A DNA stretch of 47,747 bases from Methanotrichaceae archaeon (GTDB taxonomy: Archaea; Halobacteriota; Methanosarcinia; Methanotrichales; Methanotrichaceae), in the NCBI GenBank assembly GCA_963803145.1, contig CAWDLW010000049.1, positions 1-47,747 of the forward strand. Reading direction: 5' to 3'. Positions 26,726 to 36,295 of this stretch are shown piece after piece. Numbering within the stretch: the stretch's first letter is position 1; the number at the start of each line of letters is the position of its first letter. The notes beneath the pieces were generated by a model that was given only the letters and a program-made list of their open reading frames with translations, made no database searches and was not told the origin of the DNA. Made by a program: the position numbers and the translations under genes.

Positions 26726-28072
26726 ATGCCTATGACTAGAGGGGTCCCCTTGGCAGAGCCTCACAAAAAGTCCTGCATAAAGCCTTATCCTCGGCCTGAT
26801 AAAAGAGAGGACATAGACCTCCTTGAAGGGCTCGACGACGAGTACGATCTGATAGTTATCGGAGCGGGACCCTCCGGACTTTTCTGTGCCATTAATTCCA
26901 GCCAAAAGGGAAAGAAGACCCTAATCCTGGAAAAAAAGAATTCGCCAGGGCATAAACTGCTAATCTCAGGCCAAGGGCACTGCAATATAACAAACGAGGC
27001 AGAGATTCAGACGTTCCTCGAACACTATGGAGAACACGGCCGATTTTTGCGCCCGGCCCTCCTAGGGTTCACAAACCATGATCTAATCCGATTTTTCGAA
27101 GATCGAGGGCTGGCTATGATCCGGGAAAAAAGAGGCAAGATCTTTCCGGAAACACTACGATCCAGGAATGTGCTAGATGTTATGATCAGGGAATGCGAAG
27201 CCAAGAATATTCGCATATGCTACAATCAGGTTGTGAGATCGATAACCAAAACAGAAGACAAATTCAACGTGCACTGCATAAATCGTACATATCTATCCTA
27301 CAACCTTGTCATAGCTACGGGTGGATGCTCATATCCCGCAACGGGCTCAAATGGTGATGGATATAGATTTGCCAAGGATTTTGGTCACAGTATCGCTGAG
27401 GTCGGTCCAGCACTGACGCCTGTTATCATAAAGAATTATCCTTTCAGAGATTTGGCCGGGCTCTCCTTCCCGGAAATGAATATATCTCTCTATCGCCAAA
27501 AGAAGATAAGGGACCAGCGAGGAGATATTTTATTCACTCATCAGGGACTTTCAGGACCAGGAATTCTCGACCTATCAAGGTATATTAGAGCGGGAGATAC
27601 TTTGAGGCTCTCCTTTATGCCCAGGGAAAAAAAGGGCGAACTGGAGAAATGGTTGCAGAATAGAGCTCGATTGGATGGAGGAGTTGAACTAAGATCAATA
27701 CTATCAAGCCTGCCCAACTCAGTGCCTCTTTCCCCTAAATTGATAAAGAAAATCCTGGAGACCTCTGGGATTGCCATAGACTTGAGCTTAGCTCACCTGA
27801 CCCGAGAGATGCGGACTCACCTTATCGACAATTTGACCGGCTTACCACTAGTCGTCTCTAAACTAGGCGGATTTGATATCTCCATGGTCACCAGGGGTGG
27901 AGTTGAATTGAATCAAGTCAACCCTAAGACGATGGAATCGAGGCTTGTCAAGGGATTATATCTGGTTGGCGAAGTGCTAGACGTGGATGGAGACTCTGGT
28001 GGCTATAATCTACAAGCTGCATTTTCAACAGGCATGCTATCCGCCAGAAGCATTAAAAATAATTGGGCATGA
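26726..28072 (+). CDS. HI0933/BaiN-family flavoprotein (NAD(P)/FAD-dependent oxidoreductase)
   Basis: IGAGPSG, KLLISGQGHCNITN, ATGG.SYP.TGSNGDGY, LFTH.GLSGP, GEVLDVDGDSGGYNLQ; true start may lie downstream. Confidence 0.93.
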   Translation: MPMTRGVPLAEPHKKSCIKPYPRPDKREDIDLLEGLDDEYDLIVIGAGPSGLFCAINSSQKGKKTLILEKKNSPGHKLLISGQGHCNITNEAEIQTFLEHYGEHGRFLRPALLGFTNHDLIRFFEDRGLAMIREKRGKIFPETLRSRNVLDVMIRECEAKNIRICYNQVVRSITKTEDKFNVHCINRTYLSYNLVIATGGCSYPATGSNGDGYRFAKDFGHSIAEVGPALTPVIIKNYPFRDLAGLSFPEMNISLYRQKKIRDQRGDILFTHQGLSGPGILDLSRYIRAGDTLRLSFMPREKKGELEKWLQNRARLDGGVELRSILSSLPNSVPLSPKLIKKILETSGIAIDLSLAHLTREMRTHLIDNLTGLPLVVSKLGGFDISMVTRGGVELNQVNPKTMESRLVKGLYLVGEVLDVDGDSGGYNLQAAFSTGMLSARSIKNNWA

Positions 28073-28304
28073 ATTTAATAATTTAAAATTAGACTGCAAT
28101 AAATTTATAAATCATTAGTTTCTATCTATTTGTTGGATATATTACCTCGCAAGGCCGTAATCGTGGGACTCCGAGACCTATCTTTTATAGCGGTTACGGC
28201 CTGGCTAAATTGCTTACTTATCCCTATCCCCAATCATACCCTACCCCATTTAGTTCTTTGACATTTTAACCAATCCTTCGAAGAAATTGATGATCAATTT
28301 TGAT

Positions 28305-28934
28305 CTACTTCTTATGTAGAAATAATTCCACCTCTGCAGGAATATGGGGCACCTTGTAAAAATATGGCATAGGCGCGAAATAACTTTTATCCAAAATCTC
28401 AAACCTATTATTTTTTATCAATTTTATCAAATTATCCTCATGAGGAATTGAAATATGCGATTTATCTTTATCGAGGAAGCCAAATATTTTTCTCGGCCAA
28501 TCTTCGATAGGCAATGAAATTATAAGATATCCATCATCTTTAACCGATGAAGAGATTTTCTGAAAGTTCTTATCTAAGTTATGTGTATGCTCAAGGACAT
28601 CTAGGGCTGTTACGACATCGAAATATTTTCTGGGGTAGGGAAAGGCTGTATCAAGATCTATAACCTCAAGCTGTGATTTGGGTACAATTTCTTTTGCTCT
28701 CTCGATCGCATATGCAGATACATCACATCCATATGTTTCATCAAAAAAAGGCGCCACTTCATGTATTAAAAATCCAAAAGCACAACCCACATCTAGGTAT
28801 CTTCCCCCTCTATTATACTTTTCGATAAATCTTATTACTTCTTTAAAATATATCTTAGAGTTAATTTTATCATAACACACATAATTTGACTTTATTTTCC
28901 CATAAAAGTAATCTTTATCGAAGAATTCATCCAT
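28305..28934 (-). CDS. Class I SAM-dependent methyltransferase
   Basis: YLDVGCAFG, GCDVS, FDVVTALDVLEH; AT-rich. Confidence 0.9.
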   Translation of the reverse strand: MDEFFDKDYFYGKIKSNYVCYDKINSKIYFKEVIRFIEKYNRGGRYLDVGCAFGFLIHEVAPFFDETYGCDVSAYAIERAKEIVPKSQLEVIDLDTAFPYPRKYFDVVTALDVLEHTHNLDKNFQKISSSVKDDGYLIISLPIEDWPRKIFGFLDKDKSHISIPHEDNLIKLIKNNRFEILDKSYFAPMPYFYKVPHIPAEVELFLHKK

Positions 28935-29148
28935 AATTGTTATACTCTTCCGTTTTTAACCTACCATTAATTTTCTTCATTATATAGTTTATGCTTATGA
29001 TAGAAATTACCTATTTTATCGAAGTAATATGAGAAGAGATAGTCATTCCATTATAATTAGTACAACAACTTTAAATATTTTTAAGTATAATTAGAATAGT
29101 TTAATCGAAGGGATACCCTCCGCCAAATTTCCCTTAGGAGATTGAAGT

Positions 29149-29451
29149 ATGACAAAATTCCATATTGAATGGAAACAATCCTCAAAGATACCAGACGATC
29201 CCGTTAAGCTAGCAAAGCTATACTTGTCACATATGGAACAGATTAAGGCAGATCTGAAATCGGGTAAGTTGAATGATTTTAGACAGTATAGTAATGGGTC
29301 TAGCGGATACCTTCTCATAGAAGGAACCGAAAACGATGTATTTACCACTCTGATGAAATACCTCCCATATGTTGAATTCGATGTAAAGCCAATTGTTAAT
29401 GTGGATCAGACTATAGAAGCAATTAATAAAGCTCTATCGATGGCAAAGTAG
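29149..29451 (+). CDS. Small hypothetical protein (DUF3303/ferredoxin-like fold candidate)
   Basis: GGAG SD; 100 aa; SGYLLIEG...PYVEFDVKP pattern. Confidence 0.7.
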   Translation: MTKFHIEWKQSSKIPDDPVKLAKLYLSHMEQIKADLKSGKLNDFRQYSNGSSGYLLIEGTENDVFTTLMKYLPYVEFDVKPIVNVDQTIEAINKALSMAK

Positions 29452-29739
29452 GACTGCTCGTTCAGTAGGCGATTCTATTTTTTAATCCTAGATTATTTCG
29501 AAAATTGCCACCAGCCTTTCTTTTTGGCCTCTTCCGTTTGCTGGCTGAGATCCTTCATTTGGGGGCATTTTACAGCATTTATCATATCTTGGACTCTTCA
29601 TTTAATAGCTCCAAGGTCTTTGAAGATATGCCTTTTAACATCAGATCAGAAGCTAGATCCTTCATGCTAATCCTCTGTAAGACGGATTCAATCTCAAGTG
29701 CCCTTCTTGCCTTTGGACTTAGCTCCACCCTGTTCGAAC

Positions 29740-29940
29740 CATCGTCTCGTACTCATTGAGATAAACCTCCTCACATTTCAGAGTCTTGATGAAGCTTTCT
29801 GCAAATGCATTATCGTATGGATTGCCCTTTCTGGACATGCTGATCTTGATGTTATGCTTTCAAAGACAATCGATATAATCTTTTGAGGCGTATTGGACAC
29901 CCTGATCCGAGTGATGAATAAGTCCCCGCATAGATTCCGT
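29740..29940 (-). mobile_element. IS3-family transposase (rve core) fragment
   Basis: Manual translation: LIHHSDQGVQYASKDYIDCL*KHNIKISMSRKGNPYDNAFAESFIKTLKCEEVY. Confidence 0.9.
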
Positions 29941-30111
29941 CCATAGCCCGGGCCTTTAAGATGTCCTAAATTATCGTGTTTGTTGTTTGGATTTAGCAAA
30001 TTAGGGTTTTTCCTCCATTCATCTCAACCTTGTAAACACTGAGACTATCAAGCCACAGCAAAGGTTTCAATTCCTTGGCTTCTTCAAAGGCTCTGCCTTG
30101 CTTATCCCGCG

Positions 30112-30222
30112 AGTATCAGCCGCTCCTAGAGTGCAAATCTTTCGTAAAGGTCCCCGCCGGAGGCAGGGTCAGGGGGCCGCCCGGCCTTGAGGGCAGCTCA
30201 GGTAGCTCTCGCGGGCGCCGCA
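30112..30222 (+). repeat. GC-rich structured dispersed element, copy 2
   Basis: Direct repeat of 26242-26352, offset 3870 bp. Confidence 0.9.
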
Positions 30223-30427
30223 GCGGCGGGACTCCAGCATGAAAGCCGTTTAATAGGCTCGCCCTCATGTGCTCATTCCCCAAATTTAGGCATTCCATTG
30301 AAACTTGATGAGAAGACCATACGAAGTTTATGCATCTGAAAAGATTATTAGTAGTGGATAAGGGATTGCAGTATATCTATTACAAGCTAAGGAGATGCCC
30401 TTAGGGATGCATAGGCTGCAACCTTTT

Positions 30428-30683
30428 CTAGATATTATCCATTGGATCAATGACCTCTATGAAATCTATCCTCTTGAAAGCTCGGTCATGAGTCATTAGC
30501 TTCTTAATTTCTAGCTCCTCCATTGATGCCAGGATAGTAGCATCTCGACCACCAATACCCGTTTGCGAATATTTCGCTAGATATTCAATCGATTTTTGGG
30601 CATGATACTGGTCGAAATCAACGATTTTCATAGGATATGAAAGGAATATATTCATCTTTCTCTTTCCTTCCTACGAAGATCAG
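30428..30683 (-). pseudogene. vapC: VapC/PIN toxin with internal deletion
   Basis: C-terminal GIGGRDATILAS...LMTHDRAF; an IFV start remnant beside the antitoxin stop is out of frame. Confidence 0.75.
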
Positions 30684-30901
30684 GCCTCCCATATTTTCTT
30701 AACCTCTAGAGGATCAATCTTTGAGCTCTCAATGCATCCTCTCAATTCTTTTTTGAATTGAGCTTTGGCGATAATAGGCTTAATCACCATGTTCCCGTCT
30801 TCGAACCTTACTTCCACCTCGTCTCCATCCTTTAGACCTGCCTTCTGTATAATGTTTTTAGGAATCGAAAGTTTATCCCCCTCAAGTCTAGCCCTGATCA
30901 T
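30680..30901 (-). CDS. AbrB/MazE/SpoVT-type antitoxin
   Basis: LSIPKNI....GLKDGDEVEVRFEDGNMVIKP. Confidence 0.9.
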   Translation of the reverse strand: MIRARLEGDKLSIPKNIIQKAGLKDGDEVEVRFEDGNMVIKPIIAKAQFKKELRGCIESSKIDPLEVKKIWEA

Positions 30902-30988
30902 TCATCATCACCAATTAGCTTCATGTAACTAAACTTAAATAAATCTCTCTAGGAATTCCAAGAATCAGCTTTCACAAAAGGGTTTTAA

Positions 30989-31040
30989 TGCGGGGGACAG
31001 GATTCGAACCCGCGAACCTCTACAGGACAGGGCACTCAAC
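30989..31040 (-). repeat. att site: copy of tRNA-Leu 3' half
   Basis: 52 bp matching 36141-36192 with 2 mismatches, ~110 bp upstream of the integrase. Confidence 0.93.
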
Positions 31041-31149
31041 TCGGCTCGAAGCTTCGCTTCTCGCCTCGCCCGCTGCATAGCGTTTTTCTTAGCTGGGAAT
31101 CTTTAACATATCAAAGTTCTGCTCCCTGACTGCCTCGCGAGGTGTAAAA

Positions 31150-32012
31150 ATGAAGCAGAGGCTAGGGATTAATTGGAAGGTAAATGCCTTCCAGATAAGC
31201 TGCAAAGATATAAACGCTACCTAAGGGATAAAGGCGTTAGGCAAAGCACTCTGGATGATTATCTGTTAAGGGCCGCGAAGTGTCTTGAATTCTGCGGTCA
31301 AGAACAGCCTTCACCTGAAACAGCACAACGATATCGGGATTCTCTGATGGACAGAGGCCTAGCTAGGTCATCAATTAATAACTACTGCTTTGCGATCACG
31401 AATTATCACAAGATGCTTGGCCAAGAAGTAAAGTTCCCATTCTTGAAGAGAACCAATGAGATCCCCTACTACTTCACAGCAGATGATGTCAACAGGATAT
31501 TTGATAAAATAATCAATATTAAGCATCTGGCGATGTTCAAAACAGCATTCTATGGTTGTTTGCGGGCCAGCGAGCTTTGTCACCTCGAACTTGAAGATTT
31601 AGACCTAGACAGACTCGCCGTAAAGGTCCGCGATGGCAAAGGTGGAAAGACCTCTATAGTCTACATTTCTGAGGACGCTGCAGAAACCCTGAGGAATTAT
31701 CTTGCAATAAGGCCAGACTTTGTTTTAGATGGCAAGAAGCCATTATTCTTTACAGACCGTAGTGGTTGGTTTGATCGAAAAGAGATCTATTGGCTTGTAA
31801 TTTACTACAAAGATTTGGCAGGAATTACAAAGAAAGGCGGTGCACATGTGCTTTTCAGACATACACCAGCATCTCTTATGGTTAAGAACGGCTGTGATCT
31901 CCTGACCATTCAGCATGTCTTACGCCATAATGACATAACAACTAGCATGCGATATCTGCATTTAGCTGATGACACAAAACGGGCTAAGTATGATATGTTC
32001 CTGAAGCTATAA
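31150..32012 (+). CDS. Tyrosine recombinase/integrase (XerC/D-like); 5' end apparently frameshifted
   Basis: GCLRASE (R), GKGGK (K), HVLFRH, LRH, MRY catalytic set; ORF runs 31173..32012, but the SD-preceded ATG 31150 is in another frame. Confidence 0.9.
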
Positions 32013-32214
32013 AGTGATGAGTGCTCAGACCTAATGCCAATTTTTTTCCTGCTCTTGATTCATATTACGGATAGTACGGTTTTCACTAACTTTAATTTAC
32101 TATACTATTCCTTCTTTGTGGGGTAAAATAGAGAAAAACCGTACTAAGTGTACTATGAAACGAAACATCACTTCGGAGTCGTTTATTTAGCATTGCCAGT
32201 ATCCACGAACATCA

Positions 32215-32520
32215 TTACCTTCTTGATCTGGCATTCAAGAGTCCCTTTAGCCTCTGCCTAATAGTTTCATCTATTGGATAACAGCCATTAGCATCAATTG
32301 TACCTCCTGCCTCGAAAAGAGCCTCTTCAAGCATATCATAAGTTATGCCAAGCCAGATAGCATCTGCCCTTTCCATGAAACCAGAAGTACAGTTATCTAT
32401 CCATGCTAATCGAATGCGCCCATCCAGCACTTCAAGATAGGGGTTCTTTGTCTTGGCCAAGCTCCTGCATTTTTGGACAAAGGGTTCTGATGAGATCACT
32501 AAATCGTATACTGATACCAC
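32215..32520 (-). CDS. Hypothetical protein of the integrated element
   Basis: 101-aa ORF with GTG start, convergent with the integrase. Confidence 0.6.
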   Translation of the reverse strand: MVSVYDLVISSEPFVQKCRSLAKTKNPYLEVLDGRIRLAWIDNCTSGFMERADAIWLGITYDMLEEALFEAGGTIDANGCYPIDETIRQRLKGLLNARSRR

Positions 32521-32860
32521 CGCCTAAAAGGGATTGCTGGAGGCAGCTATGAAGGGCGTCGCAATAGGGGCGAGCTCTCCCAATGAGACGTAGCATTGAT
32601 AGCCTAAGACGGTCTCAGCGCGCTGCGAAAGTAATATAATGATCAATGGTGTCTAAGCCCTAATTAGAATAATGCCATGCCACTTCTATTCGATTTCAGG
32701 CTTATATCTAATTCATAATGATGGCACAGTCCTTTCATTTTAATATTTTATATTCAATGTATATACGCTCGCGAACAGTCGAATAAATTATTAGGATGCT
32801 TGTAAAATACTTAAAGTATTTTTTAGGAAAAAGAGTCTATCAGATAAATCAAGACTATAA

Positions 32861-34423
32861 ATGTTTGAGATAATAATAATTAATATTATAACAGTATCCG
32901 ATATTTGCTTGTTTTTATCTATAGATTATAGCAAAGTATTTATAATGGTATTCTTGTTCCTGGCCATTATGGAGGGATCGAAGAACATAGAATATAATCT
33001 TTTATTCTTGATAATAATCTTTCTACCAATATTGTGCGCTTTAATAATTTTGGGTGATTCAAAGATTGAATTAAGTTCTAGCGATAATGTACAATGGAGA
33101 ACTGTTCTAGATCCCCAGGAAAGATTCTACGATCCCACTTGGGTTACATATATGAGAGAATTCAAAGCAGGCGATGGCGGAGGTCACGCTATCAAGATTA
33201 CATTGAAGAATTTTTCCGGAGGCGGGATTCCTTTTGCATGGAAGTCTAACAAAAAAAAGGGCCTCTATGAAAAATTTGAATTTTTTATCAATAATACAAG
33301 TCAAGTTATCTATGATAAATCATCTGAATGGGAAAATGTAACAGGTTATAAAGTATTTAGACCTGAAGAATGTTGGTGGAATGTATCATACGAATATGGT
33401 GGAAAGATTTGGATCGCATTTCCCCCCACTGAAATAATGCAGTTCCCAACACCGCCAGTACCGCAGGGACCTATTTTCGGCCTAGTTGGGGATAACTTTG
33501 ATTATTCTATAGCGAATCGTATTTCATCAACTAATAAATTTAATTATATATTGGATTGGGAAGATGAAAGTCCAAATACAACTGCAAATCTCTTACCAAA
33601 TGGCATGAGTGCAATAGCCAATCACACATGGACTAGGTCTGGGGAGTTTAAAGTCCGAGCAAAGATATTAAGTGAAGAGAGCAATATTAGATCAAGTAAT
33701 TGGTCCTACCCATTAAGTGTAATCATCTATAAAAAAGAGGAAATTAATCCAGGAGATAATTTAACCTTTAAAACAAATAATATTGAAAATTTCACAGAAA
33801 TAATAATTAATAGCTCGTTAAACATTATTAGTGATTGCATTAAATTTGTAAATAAAAATCATGTAAATTTAACATCCAAAAATGAATATACGACAATAAA
33901 AGGAGGATATATTTTATCCAAAATGATAGAGCTAAATAATGCGAATAATATATCCATTGAAAACCTAATCTTTGATAACTTGGAAAGTGGAATTGAATTA
34001 TCCAATTGTCATAACTGTTTTATAAAAAATAATCGTATAAATGTTTCTAAAGTGGGATATGGTGTGAAATTGTGTTCAGGAGACAAAAATACAATTAAGG
34101 ATAATCAAATAAAACTAATAAATCCTCCAAATCCTGCCCTTAGCATCTGTCCAATCGGTGTTTGGATAGAAAGTGGAAATAGCATTTGGATCATTAATAA
34201 TAATATATATACTCCCAATTTTGATAAACAAGTACTCGGATATGTGTTCGAAAAATGTGAAGAATTAAAGGATATAACCATTAAACCAACATTCAACAGA
34301 AAACTTGTTATCAAATATGGAGACTGCGAAGGTGTATGGAATACCAACGAAGATTTCCACGAATTCGGCGAATGTGAAATCCCTGATGATAATAATTTAT
34401 TAAATGTGTGGCATATTCCATGA
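32861..34423 (+). CDS. Exported protein with PKD-like domain and right-handed parallel beta-helix (NosD/pectin lyase-like)
   Basis: TM/signal segment; YILDWED...HTWT.SGEFKVRA; GIEL.N..N..IKNN repeats; start uncertain (possibly ~32969). Confidence 0.75.
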   Translation: MFEIIIINIITVSDICLFLSIDYSKVFIMVFLFLAIMEGSKNIEYNLLFLIIIFLPILCALIILGDSKIELSSSDNVQWRTVLDPQERFYDPTWVTYMREFKAGDGGGHAIKITLKNFSGGGIPFAWKSNKKKGLYEKFEFFINNTSQVIYDKSSEWENVTGYKVFRPEECWWNVSYEYGGKIWIAFPPTEIMQFPTPPVPQGPIFGLVGDNFDYSIANRISSTNKFNYILDWEDESPNTTANLLPNGMSAIANHTWTRSGEFKVRAKILSEESNIRSSNWSYPLSVIIYKKEEINPGDNLTFKTNNIENFTEIIINSSLNIISDCIKFVNKNHVNLTSKNEYTTIKGGYILSKMIELNNANNISIENLIFDNLESGIELSNCHNCFIKNNRINVSKVGYGVKLCSGDKNTIKDNQIKLINPPNPALSICPIGVWIESGNSIWIINNNIYTPNFDKQVLGYVFEKCEELKDITIKPTFNRKLVIKYGDCEGVWNTNEDFHEFGECEIPDDNNLLNVWHIP

Positions 34424-35731
34424 TCAAAGCTAATATTTTATTCATCGTTTTAATTATATTATACCTAATTACAGGCAGTCAAGCCGATCAGTCAAATACG
34501 GGAATATCCCAAGCATTAATGAATCAATTAGGGATAGGTTCAACTGGTGAATATAATGGCGGTTATGTGAATCCAGGAACAAACGCGGGAGGTAATTTCG
34601 CTTCTGAAAATGAGTATTTTAAAATAAAGAGAAATACTACCATCAATTATAAGGGTTTTATTTCAACAAATAAGCCCAATTTCGTCGAAGTCACAATTCA
34701 AGGGTGCGGACGAACATTTAGCAATATACTTATAAAGGAAAGCATTGATCCCGATTTAGGAAATTTTAAAAATTTGAGTTTTTTTAAAGAGAACCCTTTC
34801 ACTTCAACTCATTATGAAATTAAAAAATATGAATATCCAGTTAGTGATATTGGAGAATCATTTAATAATATGAGTGATAATTATTATATAAAGAATAATA
34901 CTATGTATGCAAAAGTATCTTTTTTAAATTCGGGAGAGAATGTAAAATATATTTATGAAATAGAGTCAAAAAAGCCAGGAATTTTTGATGTCCTCACGCA
35001 GGTTAGGCTTAACGGTTCTATACATCAAGATTTGGAAAGGCAAGATCAAATTGAAATTAGACCTCCCGAACTTCAGGTAGAAACACAATGTGGCCAATCC
35101 TTTGCCGAAAAAGATACGCCTTTAAATATTACCTATTGTATTTTATATAAACAGGGGTGGTGTAAAGAGCCAATAATTTTTAGTATGAAATTTAATCAGT
35201 CAAATAATTATGAAATACTATTTGTAAATAATTTACCATATCACTATGAGTATTTCAACCAAACGCTTGATCCTTTAATAACAACAAAATTTCCCATAAA
35301 AATACAATATAAGGATGCGGGAATGTATTCAGCTCCTCCTTTAGATATAAAGGGCGTAACCGTATCCCAAAATGCGGTTCAAATCGATGTGAAAGAGAGT
35401 TATTTAATAAAGAAATTAAGAAGATAATGTAGTTTTGTTTTCGCTCGTAATATCTCTCATGGCGATTTTTATTGCGATAATTGACTATTTAAGATCTCGA
35501 AAAGAAATACGCGCAATAATTCAGGGTAATATACCCAAAGAATCCACAACGTATAGTAAATTAAAAGACGATTTAACCTTTGAATTTTCTTTTATGATTC
35601 TACTTGGAGGCGCTTGGATAATACTTAACCTTGTCTTTTCATTATCAAGTATATTTATAATAATTTTACCCGTTATCATTTTAGGATTAATTTTGGTTTT
35701 GAAGTACGTGCTGATAAAAAATTATAAATAA
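34420..35731 (+). pseudogene. Exported Ig-like protein with C-terminal TM anchor, split by a frameshift near 35410-35427
   Basis: ATG 34420 overlaps the upstream stop (ATGA); ORF ends at 35427, and the TM-rich frame EDNVVLFSLVISL... overlaps its end. Confidence 0.65.
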
Positions 35732-35956
35732 AATGATAAAATCAAGCCTATTTACAGATTTCAATAACAAAAGACTATAGGCATACAGGACAAATCCTGT
35801 CAAGATTACTCCAATCGTTCATATCTTGGATAAATCTCTCCAAAATCCTTTGACTGTCACTTCTCTCGTAACAATCGATATGATATACTACGCAAGAATG
35901 ACCACATATTTAAATTAGATATGCTTTAAGTACCTAAAGTACTGACGATTGATATC

Positions 35957-36140
35957 ATGGTTCGAAAGAGGCCCACACAACAAGTCATCACCGATATACT
36001 CCTTGCCTGCTAAGGAAATGGAGCCAACAAAACAGATGTCGTTTACGATTCCAGGCTCAACTTTAGATCTGCTAGACCTAATCTGGAGAAGCTTTCTGCC
36101 GATGGATTGCTGGAAATTGTGCCAACAGAAAACAGATTTA
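35957..36140 (+). pseudogene. Winged-helix regulator (COG3432/HTH_45-like) pseudogene
   Basis: MVRKRPTQQVITDILLAC*GNGANKTDVVYDSRLNF...LEKL..DGLLE; internal stop; runs into the tRNA 3' end. Confidence 0.75.
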
Positions 36141-36225
36141 TGCGGGGGACGGGATTCGAACCCGCGAACCTCTACAGGACAGGGCCCTCAACCCTGCGCC
36201 TTTGACCTGGCTTGGCAACCCCCGC
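36141..36225 (-). tRNA. tRNA-Leu(GAG)
   Basis: GCGGGGG acceptor stem, anticodon arm CAGGG-TT-GAG-GG-CCCTG, long variable arm, GGTTCGAATCC T-arm; 85 nt; no encoded CCA. Confidence 0.97.
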
Positions 36226-36295
36226 TTGAAAGGGTTTGATCGGCTTTTGGCCTTTTCTTTTATCTTTTAGCCGATCTTCACTTTAACTTTAGATC

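Larger units (their letters stand above)
26521..36201. mobile_element. Tandem or nested integrative island(s) at tRNA-Leu(GAG)
   Basis: Direct repeats of the tRNA 3' end at 26521, 30989 and 36136; integrase beside the middle copy; AT-rich cargo; may extend left to 16302. Confidence 0.85.

Noticed and set aside
26521-31040. tRNA copies at 26521 and 30989 as functional tRNA genes
   Set aside because: Both lack the 5' acceptor strand and most or all of the D-arm; they are att-type fragments
35949-36239. 96-aa ORF in the track
   Set aside because: Runs antisense through the tRNA; the meaningful frame is the interrupted wHTH pseudogene from 35957
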